A DNA stretch of 64,000 nucleotides from Bacteroidales bacterium (GTDB lineage Bacteria > Bacteroidota > Bacteroidia > Bacteroidales > UBA3663). The notes beneath the pieces were generated by a model that was not told where the DNA came from, did no database searches, and saw nothing but the letters and a program-made list of their open reading frames with translations. Shown here one piece after another: positions 1 through 10,018 of the stretch; the stretch's first letter is position 1; the number at the start of each line of letters is the position of its first letter. Position numbers and translations under genes: made by a program. Location of the stretch: NCBI GenBank assembly GCA_024694125.1, contig JAILKE010000063.1, positions 6,564 through 70,563 of the forward strand. Reading direction: 5' to 3'.

Positions 1-2
1 CA

Positions 3-2693
3 ATGAAAACAAACCTAAATCAAAAAGTCCAGTGTCATCTGCGCAGTACCAGTCGTTGGCTCGGCGCCCTTGCTCTGATTTCGATGGCAGGATTCAACAC
101 AGCCTGTCAGGAGGAATACGAACTGGATGAGAAACTGCCGCCCAACTTCGGCGCTAACTTAATGACCTATCTGGAGGACAACAACTACACCACCTATGCC
201 AGGATGGCTGATGACCTCGGTTACAAGGACGCTCTCTCCGGCGTGGCGCTCAAGACGCTGCTCGCTGCGGACGACGAGGCTTTCGACCGTTTCTTTGCCG
301 GCAATGAGTGGGGTGTGCACCGCTACGAGGAGCTCTCGTTGGCGCAGAAGAAGATGCTCTTCTACAACTCCATGATCGACAACTCTCTCCAGGTCCTGAA
401 CCTGTCCAGCACCAGCGGACAGCAGGAGGCTGCCACCGGCAATGCCATGCGCCGTGTCGGTTCGGGTTCAGTCTATGATACCGTGCCCGTCATCCTCCCG
501 TCCGAGATGCCCGACAACAACATCAACTGGGACTACTACCGCCTGAACGGCAAGAGCATCGTCTGCATGAAGGACATGACCAACCGACCCGTCCTCTTCT
601 TCATCGAGCCCTACCTGCAGGCCAAGCGCATTACCAATCACGACATCAATTTCCTTTATAATAATGAGATAGACCGCCAGACAGGCGATGCTACCGTCGG
701 CAGTACCTACATTGCCGAGGGCAACATCCGTCTGCCTAATGGTTTCATACACCGTACACAGGATGTGCTGATGCCACTGGACAACATGGCCGAGATCATA
801 CGCCGCAAGTCCAATACCCGCATCTACAGCCGTCTGCTGGAGCGGTTCAGTGCACCGTTCTATGCCGGCTACGAGGCTACGCAGGCCTACAACCTGGAGT
901 ATGGTACCAACATCGACTCGCTCTACGTGAAGCGATACTTCTCCGAGCGTTCCGCCGACGGCGATCCATGCCTGCTCCGTCCTAACGACGGTCCCCAGGT
1001 AGATGCCTACCTGCGTTTCGACCCGGGATGGAACAGCTACTACTCCGACCAGAAGGGAGCCGTCTCCTCCACCGTGGCAGTGCAGAGCAACATGGGCGTG
1101 ATGCTGGTACCCTCCGACCAGGCGATGCAGGAGTACTGGGAGGGTTCCGGTGCGGTGATACGCGACTACTACCACACCTGGGACAGCGTGCCCAACCACA
1201 TCTGGGCAGAGCTCATCAACAACGGCATGCTCAATTCGTGGGTCAATTCGGTACCGTCGCGCTTCGACGGCATTGTCAACAGCAATCAGGACCGCATGGG
1301 CATCAAGGAGAGCGACGTCGATTCCGTATGGTTGGGTTGCAACGGTGCCATCTATCTGACCAACAAGGTCTTTGCGCCGACCAGCTTCGTGAGCGTCAGT
1401 TTCCCGTCATTGGTCAACGAGAGCATGAACATCTTCCGTTGGGCGATACAGCGACTGGAGTATCGTTCGTATCTCAATTCGCTCGATTCGTACTACTCAT
1501 TCTTCATCCCGACCAATGCAGCCCTGCAGGTCTATTATGACCCGGTGACCTATCCCGGTACAGCCAATACGATGTGGCAGTTCCACTACGACGACAAGGC
1601 ACTCTCCGACAACGAGCGCGTCTGGGCCACCGTCTATGCCTACGACCTGGCGAATGGCGTGAAGGGCGACTCGGTAGGCGTGGTGCGTGACGCCGCCGTG
1701 ATAGCCGACCGCCTGGAGGACCTGCTGGACAGTCATATCATAGTGGGCAACCGAGCCCTGAACAGCAATGTGGAGAACGGTCACGACTTCTACCGCACCA
1801 AGAACGGCGGTGTGATAGCCGTCAAGCAGGAGGGAGGCCAACTCTACGTGCAGGGTACCCTGCAGCGCGACAATGACAAGTGGCTCAAGGTCACACAGAT
1901 ATATGACCAGACCCAGAGTGGCGGCAACGGCAAGGCCTACATCCTGGATGGCGAGCCAGGCGAGGCAGAACCCATCATGACCACCCGTCGCAGTTCCATC
2001 GACGTACTGTCGGAGCACAGCGAGTTCTCGACCTTCTTCGAGTTGCTGGACGGATGCAAGACACTGCAGGAGACCAAGCGCAACGGCACCTTCGACGCCG
2101 CATCGGATGCCGGCAACATCTCGACCTTCAACAACTTCAATTATACGATCTACGTCCCGACCAACGAGAGCCTCAAGGCTGTGCTGGCTGACAAGGGCAC
2201 CTACCAGCTCTACACCTGGGAGGAGATAGCCGCCATGGAGGAGCAGTACGAACTGAACCCGTCCACGGCGCAGGAGAAGGTCATAGCCGATGCCAAGGAA
2301 CGTCTGGAGGCATTTCTGCGCTATCACATACAGGACAACATGCTGATGATAGGTCTGGACTATGCCAACGATGGTGCAGCCGACTACGACGAGCATGGCA
2401 ACCTCACCGTGGGCGATACCTTCACCCGCAACTACGAGACCGCATCGATGAACGAGCAGACCCAGAAGTTCCGCACCCTGCAGGTGCACTCAGAACCAGG
2501 CACACTCACGGTGACCGACCTGAAGGGCAATGAGCGCCACGTGCTCCAGCAGACCGATGCCCAGGGCCGTCAGCTATGGAACCTGTCTGCCCGCGATTAT
2601 CTCCTGCTCAATGGAGGCACCAGCACAGGCAGCATCTCGGCATCGTCCTTTGCAGCGATACACCTCATTGACGGACCTCTCTTCTATAAATAA
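3..2693 (+). CDS. Fasciclin (FAS1) multi-domain surface lipoprotein
   Basis: 896-aa ORF from ATG at 3. Lipoprotein-type signal ending MAGFNTAC. FAS1-like motifs TLLAADDEAFDRFF, NGFIHRTQDVLMP, FIPTNAALQVYY, TIYVPTNESLKAVL. Confidence 0.75.
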   Translation: MKTNLNQKVQCHLRSTSRWLGALALISMAGFNTACQEEYELDEKLPPNFGANLMTYLEDNNYTTYARMADDLGYKDALSGVALKTLLAADDEAFDRFFAGNEWGVHRYEELSLAQKKMLFYNSMIDNSLQVLNLSSTSGQQEAATGNAMRRVGSGSVYDTVPVILPSEMPDNNINWDYYRLNGKSIVCMKDMTNRPVLFFIEPYLQAKRITNHDINFLYNNEIDRQTGDATVGSTYIAEGNIRLPNGFIHRTQDVLMPLDNMAEIIRRKSNTRIYSRLLERFSAPFYAGYEATQAYNLEYGTNIDSLYVKRYFSERSADGDPCLLRPNDGPQVDAYLRFDPGWNSYYSDQKGAVSSTVAVQSNMGVMLVPSDQAMQEYWEGSGAVIRDYYHTWDSVPNHIWAELINNGMLNSWVNSVPSRFDGIVNSNQDRMGIKESDVDSVWLGCNGAIYLTNKVFAPTSFVSVSFPSLVNESMNIFRWAIQRLEYRSYLNSLDSYYSFFIPTNAALQVYYDPVTYPGTANTMWQFHYDDKALSDNERVWATVYAYDLANGVKGDSVGVVRDAAVIADRLEDLLDSHIIVGNRALNSNVENGHDFYRTKNGGVIAVKQEGGQLYVQGTLQRDNDKWLKVTQIYDQTQSGGNGKAYILDGEPGEAEPIMTTRRSSIDVLSEHSEFSTFFELLDGCKTLQETKRNGTFDAASDAGNISTFNNFNYTIYVPTNESLKAVLADKGTYQLYTWEEIAAMEEQYELNPSTAQEKVIADAKERLEAFLRYHIQDNMLMIGLDYANDGAADYDEHGNLTVGDTFTRNYETASMNEQTQKFRTLQVHSEPGTLTVTDLKGNERHVLQQTDAQGRQLWNLSARDYLLLNGGTSTGSISASSFAAIHLIDGPLFYK

Positions 2694-2712
2694 CTCAACT
2701 TCAGCAAGCTTC

Positions 2713-2772
2713 AGTAGAGAAAAGTAAAGTAGAGAAAAGTTAATAAAAGAAGAGAAAGGGAAGAGAAAGGGA
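2713..2772. repeat. C-free purine tandem words directly after the FAS1 gene stop
   Basis: AGTAGAGAAAAGTAA and AGTAGAGAAAAGTTAA (one copy each), then AGAGAAAGGGA x2. Confidence 0.9.
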
Positions 2773-2818
2773 CAATAGAAAGTCCCATGGAAGTAATTCC
2801 CGCCAGAAATAACAAACG

Positions 2819-2863
2819 TCCTTTTCCCTCCCTTTTCACTCCCTTTTACTCCCTTTCCTTACT
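2819..2863. repeat. Pyrimidine tandem words, approximate reverse complement of the 2713-2772 word family
   Basis: TCCTTTTCCCT, CCCTTTTCACT, CCCTTTTACT, CCCTTTCCTTACT. Ends ~30 nt upstream of the susC ATG. Confidence 0.9.
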
Positions 2864-2893
2864 GAAAGCAAGTATATGATAAACAGATAGTTT

Positions 2894-5800
2894 ATGAAAA
2901 ACAATTATATAACCCAAGGCGTATGCCTGCTCACAATGGCCCTGTTCGCGGGCTCAGCCTGGGCACAGAAGTCTGGTGACGTCATCTCGGGAACCATTTC
3001 GGACGAGATCGACGTGCTGGCTGGCGCACACGTCATTGAGATCAACAAGGATGACCGTGTCATGGCATCGGCCATCACCGACATCAACGGAAACTTCTCC
3101 TTCGCCATACGCAATCCCCAGGACCGACTTAAGATCACCTACCTGGGCTGCGAGACACTCATCGTGCCCATCAAGGGATTCTCGTACAAACTGATGTTGC
3201 GGCAGGCCAGCACACAGTTGGGCGAGGTCATTATCCAGGACCGCCGCCGCACACAGACCTCGGGCCTGGACGTTCCGGTCAACGAGATATCGGGCGCCAT
3301 GCAGGCCATCAAGGCGAGCGACATCGAGAACCTGGCTACCGTAACATCGATCGACGAGGCGCTGCAGGGCCGTATCTCGGGCCTGGACATCGTCTTCTCC
3401 AGCGGTAACCTCGGTGCCGGTACTTCCATGCGTCTGCGTGGTGTATCGACCATCAACGGCAATGCCGAACCACTGGTCGTGGTCGATGGCAATGTGTTCG
3501 AGTCGGACTACAAGAAGGACTTCGACTTCAACAACGCTACCGAGGACAAGCTCTCCGAACTCCTGCAGATCAATCCAGAGGATATCGAGGAGGTTTCGGT
3601 CCTGAAGGATGCCTCGGCTACAGCCATCTGGGGTTCGCAGGGCGCCAACGGCGTCATCGAGATCAAGACCAAGCGAGGTTCGCGCGGTGCTACGCGCGTC
3701 AACTACTCCTATCGTGCCAACGTGACCTATCAGCCCGAGGGCATGAAGCTGCTGCGCGGTGGTGAATATACGATGTTCCTCAAGGAGTCCTACTTCAACC
3801 GCAACTTCAGCGACGATGCAGCCGAGATCAAGGAGATACAGTACCTGCACTCCGATGCCGAGTTCCCCGACTGGCGCCAGTTCAACAACAATACCGACTG
3901 GAGTGACGCCGTCAAGCAGGTCGGTCTGGAGCAGAAGCATGCCCTCAATGTGACGGGCGGCGGTGAGAAGGCCAACTTCCGCTTCTCATTCGGCTGGGAC
4001 CATCAGACAGGTTCCATCATCGAGCAGAAACTGGATCGCTTCACCCAGCGTACGGCGCTCGATTACTTCCTCTCACGACGCATCAAGGTTACGACCAACT
4101 TCAACTTCACCTACACGAACAACAATAAGAACAACTTCACCTACAATCACAATAATAAGTACATCGGTGACCTGTTGGGTCTGGCCTACAGGAAGATGCC
4201 TAACCTGGCCATCTACGAGGAGATAGAGGACGGCGTATCGACCGGCGAGTTCTACCACGTCAAGCCGACTATGAGTGAGGAGTTCAAGGACGATCAGCGC
4301 ACCTATCCCAATCCGGTTGCCCTGGCCAAGGAGGCTTTCAAACGTGAGAAGACATTCAATATCCAGCCGGAGTTCATACTCCGTTACGACCTGCTCTCGA
4401 CCGATGGCGAGTCCCACCGCCTGACCTACAACGGCAAGGTCAACTTCTCCATCTTCAATACGCACAACAACAGTTTCTATCCATCATCATTGGTCAGCGG
4501 AACGTGGAATGACAAGAGCCGCAATAAGGCCGAGAACTCGTCCAACAAGTCTTTTGCCATCACCACGCAGCACACATTGACCTTCGCGCCGGTGTTTGCC
4601 AATCCCGACCACAACCTGATGGCATTGGCCCGCTTCCAGTTGACCAAGGGCTCCTCGCGCAGCCAGAAGAATGGTATCTACAATATGCCTTACGGTACGA
4701 TCACCTCTTCGTCGGGCGTGGGTCTGATTGATGATAATTTCGGCACGGACGCATCGGAGTGGCGTAACGTCTATCTGACTGGTCAGGTCCACTATTCCTA
4801 CAAGGAGCGCTACGTCTTCGATTTCACCATCCGTCGTGACGGCAGTACCAAGTTCGGCCGCAATTCCCGTTGGGGTAACTTCCCGGGCGTGTCATTGCGT
4901 TGGAACATCTCGGACGAGTCCTGGATGGACTGGTCCGACGGTTGGCTCTCCATGCTCTCCGTCCGTCCGGGTTGGGGTATAGTGGGTAACCAGCCAGTCA
5001 AGGAGGGCCTCTTCTATGCCAAGTATGGTGCCGTGACCGGTTACATGGGCCTGAGCGCCATCGCCCCGAGCAACATCGCACTCAATACCCTGCGATGGGA
5101 GGAGAAGGAGCAGTACAACCTGGGTGCCAACCTGGGCTTCCTGGACAACCGCATCACTGCCGATATCAACCTCTACAAGTCCATGACCACCAGCCTGATG
5201 ATGAAAGACTATCCACTGCCTACATCGTCCGGCTACGACAAACTGCCCAACAAGAACACCGGCCGTATGGACAACGTCGGCTGGGAGTTCAATATCAATA
5301 CCAGCCGCCTTATCAAGTGGGGCAAGGACTGGATGCTGGACCTGAACGTCAACTTTGCCAACAACCAGAACAAGTTGATAGAGATGGACGAGAGCGTGCT
5401 GGACAAACTCAATGGCGAGTTTGACTTCAAGAACGGCAGTTATCTGACCCATGTGTGGCCCGATGCACCATTCGGCGCCATCTATGGATTCCGCTACAAG
5501 GGCGTATATCAGTACAGCAACTATGCCGAGGTCGAGACTCCCGGCATCAGCGGACCCAATGCTCCTGTAGCACGCAACGCCGCGGGCGAACCTATCCTGG
5601 ACGAGCTGGGCAAGACCAAGCCGATGTATTTCGCCTTCGGAACCGGTTCTGAGTATGAGTTCAAGGGTGGCGATGCCATCTACGAGGACGTCAATCACGA
5701 TGGCAACATCAACGAACTGGACATCGTCTATATCGGTTCGTCACTGCCTAAGGTGACCGGCGGCTTCGGCTTCAAGCTCTCGTACGGTCGTTTCTCGTGG

Positions 5801-6235
5801 AGCAGTCAGTTCAACTTCCGCTACGGAAACAAGATCATCAACGGAGCCCGTATGAACGCCGAGTCCATGTACGGCAACGACAACCAGAGCCGTGCCGTCA
5901 ACTGGCGCTGGCGTGTGGAGGGTGACGTGACCCAGATACCGCGCGCACTGCACAATGCCGGTTACAACTGGCTCGGTTCGGACCGTTTTGTCGAGGAGGG
6001 CTCCTTCCTGCGACTGAACTACTCGAGCATCAACTACACGCTCAGTCCAGAGTTGTGCAAGCGCTTGCACCTGTCGCGTATCTCGGTCTTCCTGCAGGGT
6101 AACAACATCTTCTGCCTCACCAAGTACAGCGGTGCTGACCCCGAGGTCAACTACGGCAGTTACGGTATCGTCGTGGACAATGCCCAGACCCCACGTTCCA
6201 AGAGCTTCAGTGCCGGTGCCAACATTCAGTTCTGA
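2894..6235 (+). CDS. SusC/RagA-family TonB-dependent outer-membrane transporter (pair 1)
   Basis: 1113 aa. Signal peptide ending GSAWAQ. Carboxypeptidase-regulatory-like N-domain (ISGTISDE...DINGNFSF). Plug motif VSVLKDASATAIWGSQGANGVIEIKTKRG. Terminal aromatic residue (ANIQF). Confidence 0.92.
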   Translation: MKNNYITQGVCLLTMALFAGSAWAQKSGDVISGTISDEIDVLAGAHVIEINKDDRVMASAITDINGNFSFAIRNPQDRLKITYLGCETLIVPIKGFSYKLMLRQASTQLGEVIIQDRRRTQTSGLDVPVNEISGAMQAIKASDIENLATVTSIDEALQGRISGLDIVFSSGNLGAGTSMRLRGVSTINGNAEPLVVVDGNVFESDYKKDFDFNNATEDKLSELLQINPEDIEEVSVLKDASATAIWGSQGANGVIEIKTKRGSRGATRVNYSYRANVTYQPEGMKLLRGGEYTMFLKESYFNRNFSDDAAEIKEIQYLHSDAEFPDWRQFNNNTDWSDAVKQVGLEQKHALNVTGGGEKANFRFSFGWDHQTGSIIEQKLDRFTQRTALDYFLSRRIKVTTNFNFTYTNNNKNNFTYNHNNKYIGDLLGLAYRKMPNLAIYEEIEDGVSTGEFYHVKPTMSEEFKDDQRTYPNPVALAKEAFKREKTFNIQPEFILRYDLLSTDGESHRLTYNGKVNFSIFNTHNNSFYPSSLVSGTWNDKSRNKAENSSNKSFAITTQHTLTFAPVFANPDHNLMALARFQLTKGSSRSQKNGIYNMPYGTITSSSGVGLIDDNFGTDASEWRNVYLTGQVHYSYKERYVFDFTIRRDGSTKFGRNSRWGNFPGVSLRWNISDESWMDWSDGWLSMLSVRPGWGIVGNQPVKEGLFYAKYGAVTGYMGLSAIAPSNIALNTLRWEEKEQYNLGANLGFLDNRITADINLYKSMTTSLMMKDYPLPTSSGYDKLPNKNTGRMDNVGWEFNINTSRLIKWGKDWMLDLNVNFANNQNKLIEMDESVLDKLNGEFDFKNGSYLTHVWPDAPFGAIYGFRYKGVYQYSNYAEVETPGISGPNAPVARNAAGEPILDELGKTKPMYFAFGTGSEYEFKGGDAIYEDVNHDGNINELDIVYIGSSLPKVTGGFGFKLSYGRFSWSSQFNFRYGNKIINGARMNAESMYGNDNQSRAVNWRWRVEGDVTQIPRALHNAGYNWLGSDRFVEEGSFLRLNYSSINYTLSPELCKRLHLSRISVFLQGNNIFCLTKYSGADPEVNYGSYGIVVDNAQTPRSKSFSAGANIQF

Positions 6236-6268
6236 TGACTCGATTATCAATTGCGAAAAATACTATCT

Positions 6269-7996
6269 ATGAAAAATATATCTAATCATATAGGCAAGTG
6301 GCTGCTCGGGGCAGTGCTCCCAGTCGGAGCAGCCGGAATGCTGGCATCGTGTGACGACTTCCTCGAACTGAAACCGCTCAGTGAGATTGTCTTTGACAAC
6401 TACTGGGAGAAGAAGGCCGACGTCGAGAGCACGGTCAACAGCTGCTACTCGGGTATGCTGGAGGGCGACTTCTTGAAGCGAATCTTCATCTGGGGTGACC
6501 TCCGGTCCGACGACATCGTTTACACCAAGAGCGGCAACGACATCAACATCCAGCAGATCATCGAGGAGAACATCCTCGAGACCAATCCCTACCTCACGTG
6601 GACCAGCCTCTACCAGGTCATCAACCGCTGCAATACGGTCATCAAGTATGCTCCGGTCGTAGCCGAACGTGACCCTAACTACACCGACTCGGACCTGCGC
6701 TCCAACATAGCCGAGGTGACCTGGATCCGCTCGCTCTGTTACTTCTACCTGGCACGCACCTTCCGCGACGTGCCTTACGTCACCACTCCATCGGAGTCGG
6801 ACGATGACATAGAGCGTGACTACTGCATTGCGCCCACACCCTTCAACCAGTTGCTGCAGCAGTTGGTCACTGACCTGGAGGCTGTGCGCTACGACGCCCT
6901 GCGCTACTATCCACCCCGCTTGTCGTCGGACTATCGTGCCACCAACGACTACAACACAAGCCGCGTCACGCAGACTGCCTTCGCCGCCCTGCTGGCGGAC
7001 ATCTATCTGTGGACGGGCGACTACCAGTCGTGCCTGGACAATACGAAGCAGGTCATCGACTTCAAGGCCAACCTCTACCACGAGACCAAGGAGGAAATAC
7101 CCTCCTATGTAGCGGACATCAAGCTGGTCAATGACCAGTATCCTCTGATACAGGAAAACAATACTGGCGGTACCACTGTGGGCCACGCCTATTCGACCAT
7201 CTTCGGCGAAGGTAATTCGTTCGAGTCTGTCTTCGAACTGTATTGCCAGGGACTGTCGGGCCAGAACCCCATCGTGCAGACCTTCTTCTATGATGTTGAC
7301 AAGAGTTCGGTCGGCCTGTGTACCTCCTATTCGGATTTGACAACGAGCTCATTCACCGACGCCAATCCCTACTTCAAGTACACCGACTGCCGTTTCTGTG
7401 AGTACTTCCCCATTCCTGTACCCGAGACGAGCGTGCGTATCCGTAAGTATGTCAACTATTCGGTCTCATATACCTACCCGACACAGACAGGTACGGCTCC
7501 TACGGTAAGCACTGCCATGTTATCGTCCAATAACCTCAACTGGATCATCTATCGCCTGACCGACGTCATGCTGATGCGTGCCGAGGCTCTGGTCGAACTG
7601 GGTGGCGAGGCCAATCTGGCCGAGGCGTTCCAACTGGTGTCGGCCGTATATAACCGCGCCAACAACCTCAGCGAGGGCAGTGCCCAGTGCCTCAAGGCGG
7701 ACAAGTACAGCGACCAGACTGCCATGCGCCAGTTGGTGCGCGATGAGCGTCACCGCGAACTGATGTTCGAGGGCAAGCGCTGGTACGACCTGGTACGCTA
7801 TGCTCTGCGCGAGGGACGTAACGACCAGCTCATCAGCGTCGTGCTGCCCAAGCAGCAGAAGAATGCCAACCGCATCCGTATCCAGTTGCAGCAGCCTGAC
7901 GCTCTCTTCTGGCCATACCACGACCGTGAGTTGGATGTGAACTCTAACCTGGTGCAGAACTCTGCATACATAACCAACGAGACCTCTAAAAAATAA
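6269..7996 (+). CDS. SusD/RagB-family outer-membrane glycan-binding lipoprotein (pair 1)
   Basis: ATG at 6269 is preferred over the TTG at 6251. Lipobox LASCDDFLELKP. SusD motifs YRLTDVMLMRAEALVELG and ERHRELMFEGKRWYDLVRY. Confidence 0.9.
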   Translation: MKNISNHIGKWLLGAVLPVGAAGMLASCDDFLELKPLSEIVFDNYWEKKADVESTVNSCYSGMLEGDFLKRIFIWGDLRSDDIVYTKSGNDINIQQIIEENILETNPYLTWTSLYQVINRCNTVIKYAPVVAERDPNYTDSDLRSNIAEVTWIRSLCYFYLARTFRDVPYVTTPSESDDDIERDYCIAPTPFNQLLQQLVTDLEAVRYDALRYYPPRLSSDYRATNDYNTSRVTQTAFAALLADIYLWTGDYQSCLDNTKQVIDFKANLYHETKEEIPSYVADIKLVNDQYPLIQENNTGGTTVGHAYSTIFGEGNSFESVFELYCQGLSGQNPIVQTFFYDVDKSSVGLCTSYSDLTTSSFTDANPYFKYTDCRFCEYFPIPVPETSVRIRKYVNYSVSYTYPTQTGTAPTVSTAMLSSNNLNWIIYRLTDVMLMRAEALVELGGEANLAEAFQLVSAVYNRANNLSEGSAQCLKADKYSDQTAMRQLVRDERHRELMFEGKRWYDLVRYALREGRNDQLISVVLPKQQKNANRIRIQLQQPDALFWPYHDRELDVNSNLVQNSAYITNETSKK

Positions 7997-8002
7997 TCGA
8001 CT

Positions 8003-9997
8003 ATGAAAAAGTTACTATATGTCTTATTGGGCCTGCTGAGCCTGGGTACGGCGAGCACCGTGACGTCGTGCATCGACGACTCAATCCCACAGGACGCCTA
8101 CTATACCTTCACCGGTGAGATGGTCACGGACTATCTGCAGAACGACACGGCACAGCGTTTCACCGAGTTCATCGACGTGCTGCACCGTGCCGAACTGTGG
8201 GACCTGCTCTCGACCTACGGCACCTTCACCTGCTTCGCGCCGACCAACGATGCCATCAATACATGGTTGCACCAGCGTAACTACGCCGCTGTATCGGACA
8301 TGTCCGATGCCGAGTGCGACACATTGGCATGGATGCACTTGCTCAAGGTGGCTTACTACACCACCGACCTGGGCGACGGTTCGCTCCCTACCACCAACAT
8401 GAACAACCGTTACCTCACCCTGACCTGTGATACGGTCGATGGCAATGTCAAGTACCACATCAACTCGTCGGAGATGACCGTGCGCGACGACTCGGTCGAG
8501 AATGGTGTGATGCACGTAGTGGACCGCGTCATCTCCTCATCGTCGGTCCTGCTCGCCGAACTGGTCTGCAATGACCCGAACCTCTCTATCTTCGGCGAGG
8601 CGCTCCGTATGACCGGACTGGCCGATACCATCGACCGCGGCATCGAGGATGAATCGTACATCATTGAACCGGACTCGACTGTGGCTAACAAGTCGCACGT
8701 CAAGTACTTCGGCGGCCACAATGTCTATTACCGCTATCCAGCCAAGCGCGAGTTCAAGTACTCTATCTTCGCCGAGCCGGACTCGGTCTATAAGTTCTAC
8801 AACATCAACAGCATCGACGACCTCATCGCCCATGCCAAGAAGGTATATGACAAGACCTATCCGCAGGATGCAGGCCTGTACGACGATGACTACACCAACC
8901 GCAAGAATCCATTGAACCGCTTTGTGGCTTACCACATTCTGGACCGTTGGTCTTCATACTCGGAACTGACGGTGTCGGAGGCTGGTTTCGATGGTTCGGT
9001 ACGTACGCAGTTCCTCACCGACAAGCAGGATATCATGGAGTTCTACGAGACGATGGCGCCCTACACCATCCTCAAGGTGAGCGATGCCAACGGACAGAAG
9101 TATGTGAACCGCAAGGGTGTAGGTACGCGCTGCAGCAGTCACCTGGTGGGCGCGCGCATCATGACTCCGTCCGAGTCGAACGCCCTCTACGACAACTACA
9201 GCGATGCCCGCAACGGTGTCTATTATTACGTGGACCGTCTTATTCAGTACGATACCGACGTGACGATAGGGGAGGTGCTCAATATCCGCATGCGCATCGA
9301 CGCCACTACGCTGTCGCCGGACTTCATGAACTCGGGCGCCCGCAACATCATCCGCAACTCGGATGACAAGGCCAAGGGTGCCGAGTACCTGATGATAGGT
9401 TTCCGTCCCGGTTCTGCCCGCAACTTCATCTTCGGCGAGGATACTTTCTTCGGCGTGCACGAGCGCTTCTGGTGCAACTCGTACGAGGATGACATGTGTG
9501 CCTGTCTGGAGAACTTCGACATCAAGTTCAAGTTGCCTCCCGTACCATCGGGCATGACCTACGAAGTGCGTCTGGGTTACCAGGCTGGTTCGGAGCGTAC
9601 CGTGGTACAGATATACTTCGACGACAACCTGACGGGCGACATCCCCTGCGGTATTCCGGTCGATCTGCGTAAGTTCGGCGATGCCTACGGATGGGAGTTC
9701 GACGAGGACCTCGGCGACGAGGATGCCATCGAGGCCAACGACAAGGCTATGCGTAACCAGGGCTACATGAAGGGCCCAGGTTCCTACACGCACCCTCACG
9801 GCGAGACTACCATGCGCAACAATACCTACAAGCAGTGTCTGCGCCGCATCCTGACTACCAAGTACTTTGAGGAGGGTCACAGCTACTATATCCGTCTGCG
9901 TCAGGTATTGGACAACAATGCCGAGATGTCGCTCGACTATATTGAACTGGTACCTAAGTCTGTTTACAATGGCTCTGTGGCCGAAGACCGTTATTGA
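8003..9997 (+). CDS. Fasciclin (FAS1) domain lipoprotein with C-terminal beta-sandwich-like domain
   Basis: 664 aa. Lipobox TVTSC. FAS1 motifs FTCFAPTNDAINTWL and NGVMHVVDRVI. C-terminal region ends SLDYIELVPKS, which is CBM-like. Confidence 0.75.
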   Translation: MKKLLYVLLGLLSLGTASTVTSCIDDSIPQDAYYTFTGEMVTDYLQNDTAQRFTEFIDVLHRAELWDLLSTYGTFTCFAPTNDAINTWLHQRNYAAVSDMSDAECDTLAWMHLLKVAYYTTDLGDGSLPTTNMNNRYLTLTCDTVDGNVKYHINSSEMTVRDDSVENGVMHVVDRVISSSSVLLAELVCNDPNLSIFGEALRMTGLADTIDRGIEDESYIIEPDSTVANKSHVKYFGGHNVYYRYPAKREFKYSIFAEPDSVYKFYNINSIDDLIAHAKKVYDKTYPQDAGLYDDDYTNRKNPLNRFVAYHILDRWSSYSELTVSEAGFDGSVRTQFLTDKQDIMEFYETMAPYTILKVSDANGQKYVNRKGVGTRCSSHLVGARIMTPSESNALYDNYSDARNGVYYYVDRLIQYDTDVTIGEVLNIRMRIDATTLSPDFMNSGARNIIRNSDDKAKGAEYLMIGFRPGSARNFIFGEDTFFGVHERFWCNSYEDDMCACLENFDIKFKLPPVPSGMTYEVRLGYQAGSERTVVQIYFDDNLTGDIPCGIPVDLRKFGDAYGWEFDEDLGDEDAIEANDKAMRNQGYMKGPGSYTHPHGETTMRNNTYKQCLRRILTTKYFEEGHSYYIRLRQVLDNNAEMSLDYIELVPKSVYNGSVAEDRY

Positions 9998-10018
9998 TAA
10001 TCTTTATTTTTGACACTT

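Noticed and set aside
2775-2800. GAAAGTCCC, reminiscent of the RNase P RNA conserved GGAAAGUCCGG motif.
   Set aside because: This is an isolated short match inside the repeat-flanked spacer. None of the other conserved RNase P helices or sequence blocks are present.
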